Assembly (NCBI GenBank): GCA_964591445.1
Contig: CAZQAW010000002.1
Location: 67,394 to 131,393, forward strand
Length of the DNA stretch: 64,000 bases
Direction: 5' to 3'
Source of the DNA: an uncultured Candidatus Saccharibacteria bacterium
Lineage (GTDB): Bacteria; Patescibacteriota; Minisyncoccia; Phycocordibacterales; UBA9973
The translations under genes and the position numbers were made by a program. Under the pieces are notes generated by a model. It saw nothing but the letters and a program-made list of their open reading frames with translations, ran no database searches and was not told the origin of the DNA. Within the stretch, counting starts at the first letter, position 1, and the number at the start of each line of letters is the position of its first letter. Positions 38,448-47,478 of this stretch are shown here, piece by piece.

Positions 38448-41400
38448 ATGAAAAAAAATACTTTCCTTGTCGGTTTGAGTGTTGTGGTGGTGTTCGTGCT
38501 CATCTTCAACATTTTCAAAACTGACAGTTTGCGTGGGATCTTGAAGCGTGTCGGCAATCGCGGCCAGCAGGCAGCGGTCAATAGCGTCCCGACGACGATC
38601 CCAGACTATTATTGGCGTTTCGAAGGCGGAATGACTCCAACCAACGGTTCTGGTAACTACCCGGTTACCGGTGGCTCCGTTGCTACTGGCTGTAGCGCAG
38701 CTGGCGGATGCTTAAACACGACTGTTTCAAGCGTTAACGGCACATTCCCAAGCATCGGCAGTGTAAGCAAGCTCTCGTACGAGTTCTTGTTTAAAGCTGG
38801 CCCACGCTTTGAAACGACTATTTTCTTCGATGATCGACCTTCTCAGACAGCATTCTCTGCCATGCTTGAATGGCCTGCCTCCGGTCTTACTATTCCGAAG
38901 CTCTGGTTCCAGGTCAACGGAGACCGACTTTCTGTCGATCTTACTGGTATTGGCCAGAAACGATGGGGGTATTTTGCCGATGGCAATTTCCACCACATGG
39001 TCTTTACTTATGATGGCGCGTCAGGAAAGCGCACTATCTACGTTGATGGAGTAAAATTTGCTGAAAAAACTGGCACTACAGGCAACGTAAACCTAAGTTC
39101 AAACAACCTTTACTCTGGAGGTCTTACGAGCTATGAACGTTTGAGTGGCTCTATAGATGAAGTCGCTATCTATAAAAATGTAGCTATCGACCCTCTTCTC
39201 GTCGCCCAGCACTACCAAGATGCGGTAGTAAACGGCGTTGCATACAATACAACAAACACCACAGTAGCAAACGTGCCAGCTGCACCTGCTTCAACTGCTG
39301 GTATCGATTCTTCTGAATATCCAGTTGGCTACCCTACTCCAGGATCTATGGCTTCTGCTACCACACAGTTGAAGTCATATCCGCTTCCTCGATACAAGCC
39401 AGGAAACACTCTTATGAAAAACGTTGACTGGATAGACGGTATGTATTTTGGAGGACGCTTCCAACCGGGCGTGTCTGATCCTCAAGCCGTGACGAACAGT
39501 ACAACTATCAAAGACGAACTTGCAAAGAACTGGAACTATGCGGTGATGATCAACTGGTCAAGCGGTAATGAATTCGTTCCTGCATGGAAGACGCTTATTA
39601 ACAACAATCCAAGTTACCAGTTTGATTTCACGACGCTTCGAGCGCAAGTCAACGGTGGTACAAAAATTACTAACCAAACTCTTCCAAATGATCGTTATTT
39701 CCAAAACGCATCAGGATCAGCTTTGGTCCCCGCTGGTTGCGGAACAGCGTCAGGTACAAAATATTGGCGTGCTGTTCCAAATTTTGAAGCAGACTATATG
39801 AGCGATGGTACTTCTGCGGCAGGGTGGGTAGCTGGCGCATTGTCAGGACTCAATGCCGACCGAAAGGTTCGTATCTTGAACGAAAACGGAGAAGTACATT
39901 TGTACTACACGAATGGTTGCGGATCTCAAGACCCTCTTATCGAATCAAGCCGTGCAGCTTATAACAGCGCAAACGGTACAAGCTTGACCACAAAGCAATA
40001 TATCGGCGAACAATATCGTCGAAGTATGCAGAACGAATATTTTACTCCAATCAAGAATGCAAGCCCGTCACGACTTACTGACACAAAGTTCACTTTGTAC
40101 CAGGTGTCTGGACGTGGAGAATATGCTTACGATTGGTCCACTGCTCGAAAAATCAACACCCCAATTAATGGCCAATACTACTCAACACTCGATTTCTACC
40201 AAGGTTTCTATGGAGCGACTGGACCAAACAACTGGGCAAACGGTGTTGGGGCAGGTAATGGACTCGGAGTATTTCTTGAAGCTCGCAAGAACGAAATTGC
40301 GCTTGGAGATAAACTCTTCTCTCCATTCGTAGCAGCAGGTTGGATGCATTCGAATATACATCCTTATACAAATACAACGTATTCTCAGACAGACGTCCGA
40401 CCTGGACAATGGCTTGGAATGCTCAAGCTTTTGGGTGCTATCGGTGCCGAATTTTATTACACAGGTTACTTTAACGAAGGTGGTAACTACCAGAACTGTA
40501 CGACATCTGGTGGTACATGCCCTGCTCTACCACAGACATATGCATGGCAAGCAGTCATGCCTTCATACGCACAAGGCGCAATGAGCCGAGCTGAAGATTT
40601 GCTTCGAGGCACACTCATTACAAACACTGCGGGTAACTTGCCGGCTGTGTACACTAACCCAACATCCAACGATGGCTTCTTGCTTGCAACAGGAGACAAG
40701 ACAGTTCCCGCATTCGCTCGACAAAGCGGTAGTAAATATTTGATCACCGCCGCGGTCATGCGCAACCACAATATGCAAGAGTCTGCCCAAGAACAGACAA
40801 AGAACGTGAATGTCACTGTCGGTGGAGACAACCTCCGTATCCAAGCTCGTCAACAAGGAAGCATGTACGTGTATGACAAATCAAACACGGCGGCGCCGAT
40901 CTTTTACCAGATCGACGGATGGCATGAACGTGCTCACCCAAGCTACTGGACTGGCGACTTTAGTATCGAAGCTGAAATGCCTGACTCTGGTACAGCACAG
41001 CTCGTCACATACGGCCCAGGTGTTGCTTCAAAAGATTTTACTCCTGGCAACTACACGACAGCCGTCAAGAATGCTTCAGGAACTCTTTCATACAATTTCC
41101 AACCTCGAAACGCTGCATCAAGTGGTACAGAAACGCGTTACCTCTGGTTCCGCGCAAACAACAACTCTACGACAGCTGCTTCAACGGGAAGCTTTGCTGT
41201 AGATTCTGGTGCTGCACAAACAGTAAGCTTGCCAGCAAATAGCGGCAACGTTTGGTGCAACAAGAACTCTGCTGGCCAAGTCATGGCGTTCTCTGTGAGT
41301 CAAAATGCAGACCATCAGTTGAAGTACACTGCATCAAATGCAAACCTTTATGTTGATCAGTTCGTCCTTACGACAAATCCAAACCTCGGACTTGGTACAT

Positions 41401-43631
41401 GTACCGGCGGCGCGGGAACTTCCGACACGATTCTACCCAGTATATCCATCACCTCGCCAACTACTAGCGCGACCTACTCTACTTCCACTCCTTCTATTAC
41501 TCTCTCTGGTAGCGCTTCTGACAATGTGGCTGTTACGTCGGTCGTCGCGGTAAACGCAGCAGCAGGCGCATCCGCAATCAGTATCAGCGGTACGACATCT
41601 TGGACCGGAAGTGTGTCACTTGTGTCCGGCTTGAACAGTCTTGTTGTGACAGCATACGATGCAGCTGGAAACCAAAAGCAAGCAACGCTTGATGTTACGT
41701 ACACACCAGCAGACACTGTTCTTCCAAACGTTTCTATTGTGGCACCGGTTGCTTCTGGTGGAACATATCTTGCAACTTCTAACTCCCTCACCACTCTTGC
41801 CGGCACCTCTTCCGACAACGTCGGAGTCACCCAAGTAACATGGGTCAACTCACTCGGCGGCTCTGGTACAGCAACAGGAACAACAAGCTGGTCTGTGCCT
41901 TCGATTGCGCTTTCCAACGGCTCTAACGTGATTACGGTCACAGCCAAAGATGCGGCAAACAATACGAAGACTGCAAGTATCACAGTAGTTCGAGATACGA
42001 CAGCCCCAACAGTTTCTGTCACAGTTCCTACAGCTGGTGCATCATTTACTGGCACAAGCCCTATCACTTTGACTGCAAATGCGACTGACAACGTAGCTAT
42101 CGACCATGTCGACTTCTACTATGGCTCAAACCAATTCATCGGCGGCGCGACAACTGTCACCGGTGGCAACTACACTCGCACATGGACACCAAGCACAAGC
42201 GGGTCTATCGGCCTTTACGCTATCGCATATGACACATCTGGAAATCCAAAGACTTCTGCAACAGTTACAATCTCTGTCAGTCTTTCAACTCCGGACACTA
42301 TCGCTCCGACAGTACAAATGTCTGCTCCGGCAGCTGGTGCAACAGTGTCTGGCACAGCGGTCACTCTTGGTGCAGTTGCAAGTGACAACACGGGTGTATC
42401 TTCTGTAGCATTCTACTTGGATGGAGTGGCGATCTCTGGCGCAATCGATACGACAGGCAACAATCCAAACACGAATGGCACCGGCATCACCGGCCAACTC
42501 TATGAAGCGGTATGGAATACATCTTCAGTTTCAAATGGAACACATACACTTTCTGCTCGAGCAACAGATGCGGCTGGTAATATCAAAAATTCATCGACAG
42601 TTTCGATCACGGTTTCAAATGTAGTCGGCCAACCAGATCTTATAGTTACAGATCTCAGCTGGACTCCGGCATCACCAGTTCTTGGTTCAGTTATTACATT
42701 TAGTGCAGTGGTGAAAAATGTAGGAAATGCAGCAACACCTGCAGGAAAAGTGACAAGCGTTACTTTCTACAACAACGAAGGCACTGTCATCGGTTGTGGT
42801 GACTCTTATACTCAGTCCATCGCAGCTGGCGCAAGCATTACGGTGACAGCTGGACAGACTTCATCTGTCACAAGCAACTGGTGTAACACTACTCTTGGCG
42901 GACAAATTCCTCCAACGTGGATTGCTACAGGTAGTGCATTTGAAGCACGAGCTGAAGTTGACGACATCAACCGTATTACTGAAAGCAATGAGACAAACAA
43001 CATGTTGACTACTGTATATAATCCTCCGGCAGATACGACTGCTCCAACTGTTGCTATCACTTCTCCGACAACGTCTGCAACATACAGTTCAACAAGTGCT
43101 ACACTTGCGAACCTTGCCGGCACCTCTTCCGACAACGTCGGAGTCACCCAAGTAACATGGGTCAACTCACTCGGCGGCTCTGGTACAGCAACAGGAACAA
43201 CAAGCTGGTCTGTGCCTTCGATTGCGCTGCTTAGTGGTACAAATGTGATTACAATCACTGCTTATGATGCATCAGGAAATACTGCAACCAAGCAGCTTGC
43301 AGTGTCATACGCAGTTGCATCAAGCGATACAGTTGCACCAACGGTCACTATTACGAGCCCGGCTAACAATGCCAATGTCTCAAACACTTCTAATACGACA
43401 TTTGTTGCCACAGCAACGGACAATGTCGGCGTAACTGAAGTGAAATTTTTTCTCGGGGGCACTACAACGGCAGCGAAATGCACTCTTTCTTCTCCTACTA
43501 CTGCACCTAGTACTTACACATGTTCGTTCAAAGTACCGTCCGTCTTCTTCGGATGGGGAACTTCGACCATAACAGTACAGGCAAAAGACGCAGCAGGAAA
43601 TACGAAAGTGACAAGCATCAAAGTTCGCTAA
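38448..43631 (+). CDS. Large surface protein: LamG domain, unknown central domain, Ig-like (Big) repeats and CARDB
   Basis: FHHMVFTYDG..IYVDG..GSIDEVAIY; repeated DTxAPTV..ASDNVGV; PDLIVTDL..ESNETNN. Confidence 0.88.
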   Translation: MKKNTFLVGLSVVVVFVLIFNIFKTDSLRGILKRVGNRGQQAAVNSVPTTIPDYYWRFEGGMTPTNGSGNYPVTGGSVATGCSAAGGCLNTTVSSVNGTFPSIGSVSKLSYEFLFKAGPRFETTIFFDDRPSQTAFSAMLEWPASGLTIPKLWFQVNGDRLSVDLTGIGQKRWGYFADGNFHHMVFTYDGASGKRTIYVDGVKFAEKTGTTGNVNLSSNNLYSGGLTSYERLSGSIDEVAIYKNVAIDPLLVAQHYQDAVVNGVAYNTTNTTVANVPAAPASTAGIDSSEYPVGYPTPGSMASATTQLKSYPLPRYKPGNTLMKNVDWIDGMYFGGRFQPGVSDPQAVTNSTTIKDELAKNWNYAVMINWSSGNEFVPAWKTLINNNPSYQFDFTTLRAQVNGGTKITNQTLPNDRYFQNASGSALVPAGCGTASGTKYWRAVPNFEADYMSDGTSAAGWVAGALSGLNADRKVRILNENGEVHLYYTNGCGSQDPLIESSRAAYNSANGTSLTTKQYIGEQYRRSMQNEYFTPIKNASPSRLTDTKFTLYQVSGRGEYAYDWSTARKINTPINGQYYSTLDFYQGFYGATGPNNWANGVGAGNGLGVFLEARKNEIALGDKLFSPFVAAGWMHSNIHPYTNTTYSQTDVRPGQWLGMLKLLGAIGAEFYYTGYFNEGGNYQNCTTSGGTCPALPQTYAWQAVMPSYAQGAMSRAEDLLRGTLITNTAGNLPAVYTNPTSNDGFLLATGDKTVPAFARQSGSKYLITAAVMRNHNMQESAQEQTKNVNVTVGGDNLRIQARQQGSMYVYDKSNTAAPIFYQIDGWHERAHPSYWTGDFSIEAEMPDSGTAQLVTYGPGVASKDFTPGNYTTAVKNASGTLSYNFQPRNAASSGTETRYLWFRANNNSTTAASTGSFAVDSGAAQTVSLPANSGNVWCNKNSAGQVMAFSVSQNADHQLKYTASNANLYVDQFVLTTNPNLGLGTCTGGAGTSDTILPSISITSPTTSATYSTSTPSITLSGSASDNVAVTSVVAVNAAAGASAISISGTTSWTGSVSLVSGLNSLVVTAYDAAGNQKQATLDVTYTPADTVLPNVSIVAPVASGGTYLATSNSLTTLAGTSSDNVGVTQVTWVNSLGGSGTATGTTSWSVPSIALSNGSNVITVTAKDAANNTKTASITVVRDTTAPTVSVTVPTAGASFTGTSPITLTANATDNVAIDHVDFYYGSNQFIGGATTVTGGNYTRTWTPSTSGSIGLYAIAYDTSGNPKTSATVTISVSLSTPDTIAPTVQMSAPAAGATVSGTAVTLGAVASDNTGVSSVAFYLDGVAISGAIDTTGNNPNTNGTGITGQLYEAVWNTSSVSNGTHTLSARATDAAGNIKNSSTVSITVSNVVGQPDLIVTDLSWTPASPVLGSVITFSAVVKNVGNAATPAGKVTSVTFYNNEGTVIGCGDSYTQSIAAGASITVTAGQTSSVTSNWCNTTLGGQIPPTWIATGSAFEARAEVDDINRITESNETNNMLTTVYNPPADTTAPTVAITSPTTSATYSSTSATLANLAGTSSDNVGVTQVTWVNSLGGSGTATGTTSWSVPSIALLSGTNVITITAYDASGNTATKQLAVSYAVASSDTVAPTVTITSPANNANVSNTSNTTFVATATDNVGVTEVKFFLGGTTTAAKCTLSSPTTAPSTYTCSFKVPSVFFGWGTSTITVQAKDAAGNTKVTSIKVR

Positions 43632-43690
43632 ATAGTTTCCACAAAAAACCGCCATTCGGCGGTTTTTTGTTATCTTGGTATAATAAAGCC

Positions 43691-44422
43691 ATGCTACAGA
43701 ACAAAGTGGTCATCTATACCGACGGAAGCTCGCGCGGAAATCCTGGCAACGGTGGCTGGGGAGCAATTATTATCGACAATAAACACAACAAAGTGCTCGA
43801 GATCGGCGGCTCGGCAGCCCAGACAACGAACAATAAAATGGAACTTCAGGCGGCGATCCGCGCGCTTGGTCACAGAGACTTTTTGAAATCCGACATCGTT
43901 ATCCATTCGGACTCGGCATACGTGATCAACGGCAGCACCAAATGGATCCATGGTTGGAAGAACAACGGCTGGAAGACGTCGACCAAAGAGCCGGTATTGA
44001 ACGTAGAAGAATGGCAGAAGATCATGCACTTGCTTGCGACTCGCGGCGGCAAGGTTGAATGGGTGAAAGTGAAAGGCCATTCGGGTGAGAGCTTGAACGA
44101 GCGCGCAGACATTATTTGTACTTCATTTGCCGACGGGAAACCCGTGCCGCTTTTTGAGGGCAAGTATACTGACTACATGTCTCAAATAAAAAGCGATGAA
44201 AGTGCGGTAAAAAAAATCACTCCTCGCAAAAAAACCAAACATAATACCAAAGAAGCGTATTCGTATGTGTCGTTTGTTGGTGGTGTAATTAAAACAGATA
44301 AAGATTGGGCTACGTGCGAAAAACGTGTCAAAGGCAAGAAAGGCGCTCAGTACAAAAAAGTATTTTCAAAACAAGAAGAACAAGAGCTGATAGCTTTGTG
44401 GTCTTTAAAATCGCTTTTCTAA
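43691..44422 (+). CDS. rnhA: Ribonuclease HI with C-terminal hybrid-binding (Cauli_VI-like) domain
   Basis: YTDGSSRGNPG, TNNKMEL, KGHSG..NERAD; WATCEKRVKG. Confidence 0.93.
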   Translation: MLQNKVVIYTDGSSRGNPGNGGWGAIIIDNKHNKVLEIGGSAAQTTNNKMELQAAIRALGHRDFLKSDIVIHSDSAYVINGSTKWIHGWKNNGWKTSTKEPVLNVEEWQKIMHLLATRGGKVEWVKVKGHSGESLNERADIICTSFADGKPVPLFEGKYTDYMSQIKSDESAVKKITPRKKTKHNTKEAYSYVSFVGGVIKTDKDWATCEKRVKGKKGAQYKKVFSKQEEQELIALWSLKSLF

Positions 44423-44423
44423 T

Positions 44424-45896
44424 ATGCGCGATCGACTTCTCATTGCAGCGGTCGTTGGGTTTCTTTCTGGAATTTGTGCGCGTTCGTATGTGTTTGTTTC
44501 AATTCCGCTTGTTGGATTTATTTGTCTGCTAGGCGTTGTTTTGCTTGTTTCGTATTTTGTTTTCTATACACGCATGCGGATATTGTTTGCCTCGCTTTTT
44601 CTCATTTTTCTTTCGGTGGGTGTTGTGCGATTCCATATTTCCGATACGCCTCTTTATACATCAGATTTATTTTCAAGTGTAGATTCGCTTGTTGCAGTAG
44701 ACGGCAAGGTGGTCACCGATGTCGACACAAAAGAAAAAACTTCCGACTTTGTGCTCAAAGTAGGGAACGACAAAATCCTTGTCAAAGACGAAGTATTTTC
44801 AAAAGTTGAATACGGAGACATGGTGCATGTCGAGGGCATGCTCAAACTTCCGGAGAATTTTCTTGGCGACAACGGCAAAGCATTTGATTATGTAAACTAT
44901 CTTCGCAAAGACGGCATTGTATATATTGTTGAAAACGGGAACATAACTATACAAGAAAGTAACGGTGGATTTTTCTTGAAGCGATGGTTGTATAGCTTCA
45001 AGCATTTTCTCATGCATACTATCGACAAGCTCTTTACCATGCCAGAGTCCGGGCTTCTTTCTGGTGTGCTGCTTGGAACAAAAAGCTCTTTGGGTAATGA
45101 CTTGCGAGAGGAATTCATACAAACCGGAACGATACACATCGTCGCGCTTTCTGGTTACAACGTGACTATCATTGCCGAAGCGGTGATGGCATTGTTCACT
45201 CGAGTATTTCCGTTTTATGCGGGTATTGCCGGTGGTGCGGTTGGTATTATTTTGTTTGCACTTATGACCGGTGCCGGCTCGACTGTGGTACGAGCGGCAA
45301 TCATGGCTATTATGGTTTTGGTTGCAAAGGCGCTTGGGCGCGCGGCCGATGTCGGCCGCGCGCTGGTCTTTACCGCAGTTTCCATGATACTTTTCAATCC
45401 GTGGATCCTTGTCTATGATATATCATTCCAACTTTCATTTCTTGCAACTGTCGGCTTGGTGTATCTCACGCCAAAAGTGGAGCCGTATCTGAAACGTATT
45501 CCAGCAAAGTTTGGTTTCCGCACTATCATTGCTTCTACCATTGCCACGACGATATTTGTCATGCCGTTTATTGCTTACACCATGGGCAATTTCTCGCTTG
45601 TCGCAATTCCGGCAAACCTTTTCATCTTACCGCTTATGCCGCTTGTCATGCTTGTCGGCACGATTTCGCTTGCCGTTGGTGCGCTGTCATCTTTTATCGC
45701 ATTTCCAATTACGTTCATTTCATACGCGCTTCTTCATTATGTACTCGCAGTCATTCACTTTTTCGCCAAACTTCCATTCGCCTCAAAAACAATATCCCAC
45801 GTACCGCTTCTAGTCGTGGGAATTGTCTACGCTCTACTTTTGTACTATATGTTTAAGAAGCCGAAGCAAAGTTTGCTTCAATCACTTTCCAGTTAA
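44424..45896 (+). CDS. comEC: ComEC/Rec2 competence channel (OB and Competence domains, no MBL domain)
   Basis: TGTIHIVALSGYNV, SVVRAAIM-like motif, SFQLSFLAT. Confidence 0.93.
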   Translation: MRDRLLIAAVVGFLSGICARSYVFVSIPLVGFICLLGVVLLVSYFVFYTRMRILFASLFLIFLSVGVVRFHISDTPLYTSDLFSSVDSLVAVDGKVVTDVDTKEKTSDFVLKVGNDKILVKDEVFSKVEYGDMVHVEGMLKLPENFLGDNGKAFDYVNYLRKDGIVYIVENGNITIQESNGGFFLKRWLYSFKHFLMHTIDKLFTMPESGLLSGVLLGTKSSLGNDLREEFIQTGTIHIVALSGYNVTIIAEAVMALFTRVFPFYAGIAGGAVGIILFALMTGAGSTVVRAAIMAIMVLVAKALGRAADVGRALVFTAVSMILFNPWILVYDISFQLSFLATVGLVYLTPKVEPYLKRIPAKFGFRTIIASTIATTIFVMPFIAYTMGNFSLVAIPANLFILPLMPLVMLVGTISLAVGALSSFIAFPITFISYALLHYVLAVIHFFAKLPFASKTISHVPLLVVGIVYALLLYYMFKKPKQSLLQSLSS

Positions 45897-46446
45897 GGTT
45901 TGCGAAAAAGTCTTCTACGTATTGTTTTTTGCCGGAAGGTTGATAGTCTGCCACGTATGAATGCTCCCACATGTCGAGCGCGAGTACGATTGCGCAATCT
46001 GTGAGATGTCCCACATGTTGTTCGTCTACCCATTGGAGGATAAGCTTGCTATTTTTCTTGTCGTAGAAAAGTATTGTCCAGCCGATACCACGTGTGAGCG
46101 CAGTTCCCTTGGTGCGGGCCATGAATGCGTCCCAACTTCCGAAATCTTTTGTAACTTGCGCTACAAATGCGCCAGCTGTGTCGACTGCTTGCGCGCCGCC
46201 TTCGAGCGAATGGAAATAATATTCGTGGTTGCGCATGCCGTCAAACTCGAAAGAAAATCTGCGCTGAAGTTCGCCAAGTTCGTAGGCGTATTTTTCAGAA
46301 TCCTTCATAAGCTCGGCCATATGCTCGTTTATCAAATTCGCATGCTTCACGTAGCCTTGATAAAGCTTCATGTGCTCTTCGATATTTTTGGTCGAAATGC
46401 CTTGTAATTCTGGGATGGTAAATGTGTGCGCTGTAAATGGTTGCAT
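45853..46446 (-). CDS. sod: Fe/Mn superoxide dismutase
   Basis: EEHMKLYQGYV, NHEYYF, LDMWEHSY; start MQPFTAH. Confidence 0.92.
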   Translation of the reverse strand: MQPFTAHTFTIPELQGISTKNIEEHMKLYQGYVKHANLINEHMAELMKDSEKYAYELGELQRRFSFEFDGMRNHEYYFHSLEGGAQAVDTAGAFVAQVTKDFGSWDAFMARTKGTALTRGIGWTILFYDKKNSKLILQWVDEQHVGHLTDCAIVLALDMWEHSYVADYQPSGKKQYVEDFFANLNWKVIEANFASAS

Positions 46447-46509
46447 AGTATAAGTGGTTACGAGTAATGTCTTTATTATATCATGATCCTGTTTTGGTAT
46501 ACTTGCTGT

Positions 46510-47367
46510 ATGCAATTCTTGAAACGGAACCGCTGGCTTATACTTTTGTGTCTTGTTTTGCTGTGTATTTTTGTCTGGTGGAAATTGTGGTCTGCCAATA
46601 CCGGCAAGTTGCAAGTTTCTTTTCTGGATATTGGACAAGGGGACAGTATTTTTATCCAAGCGCCCAACGGCCGGCAAGTTTTGATAGACGGCGGCAGAGA
46701 CCAGACTGTTTTGAAACGCCTCGGCGAAGTGATGCCGTATGGCGACCGCTCGATAGACGTGATGATTGCGACGCATCCGGACGCTGACCACATTGGCGGG
46801 CTGCCTTTTGTGCTTGCACACTACAATGTTGCGATGGTAATGGAGCCTGGCGTGGGCTCGGATTCTGACGTGTATCAAACTTTTGAAGAAAAAATAGGGG
46901 AAGAGAAAGCGGCGCGCGAGTACGCGCGCCGCGGCATGACCCTCGTTCTCGACCAAGAAAAAAACATCCACCTCGATATTTTATTCCCAGACCAAGACGT
47001 TTCAACGTGGGAAACGAACGAAGCCTCCATCGTTGCCAAGCTTGTCTATGGACACACTTCTTTTTTGTTGACCGGCGACGCGCCACGACAAACCGAACTT
47101 TATTTGGACAAACTCAACAAGAAAGAACTCGACGTCGACGTGCTCAAGCTCGGCCACCACGGTTCGCACACGTCTACTTCGCCGACATTTATCCAAGACA
47201 CAACGCCCGACTACGCCATTATTTCAGCAGGCAAAAACAACAGCTACGGCCACCCGCACCCAGAAGTCTTGCAAGTGCTGGAAGCTTTCCAAGTGCCGTA
47301 TCTTGCAACGTACGAACAGGGAACTATTACATTTGTAAGTGATGGAGAAGTGCTTATTAAGAAATAG
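46510..47367 (+). CDS. ComEC-type metallo-beta-lactamase fold nuclease
   Basis: FLDIGQGDS, THPDADHIGG, LTGDA, GHHGS, YGHP. Confidence 0.93.
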   Translation: MQFLKRNRWLILLCLVLLCIFVWWKLWSANTGKLQVSFLDIGQGDSIFIQAPNGRQVLIDGGRDQTVLKRLGEVMPYGDRSIDVMIATHPDADHIGGLPFVLAHYNVAMVMEPGVGSDSDVYQTFEEKIGEEKAAREYARRGMTLVLDQEKNIHLDILFPDQDVSTWETNEASIVAKLVYGHTSFLLTGDAPRQTELYLDKLNKKELDVDVLKLGHHGSHTSTSPTFIQDTTPDYAIISAGKNNSYGHPHPEVLQVLEAFQVPYLATYEQGTITFVSDGEVLIKK

Positions 47368-47475
47368 CCAGAACATACTTTTTAAAAGCACGACATAAAA
47401 TCCTGGTGGATTTTTGCTCTGCTCGGCTCGACAGCCTGCGCAAGGCTTTTCAAAAGCATGTTCTGGCTATTTCTT
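47359..47475 (-). repeat. Structured element with 31-bp terminal inverted repeats (copy B)
   Basis: Arms 47359-47389 and 47445-47475 (2 mismatches); core homologous to 35324-35471. Confidence 0.85.
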
Positions 47476-47478
47476 TTC

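Noticed and set aside
41796-43228. Diversity-generating retroelement TR/VR pair
   Set aside because: The copies are identical with no adenine-specific mismatches, and there is no reverse transcriptase in the window
45853-46971. 372-aa extended SOD fusion, and other N-terminally extended ORFs (tpiA, recJ, rnhA, rpsL, hup, pnp)
   Set aside because: The extensions overlap other genes or repeats; homology and promoter positions give the shorter starts
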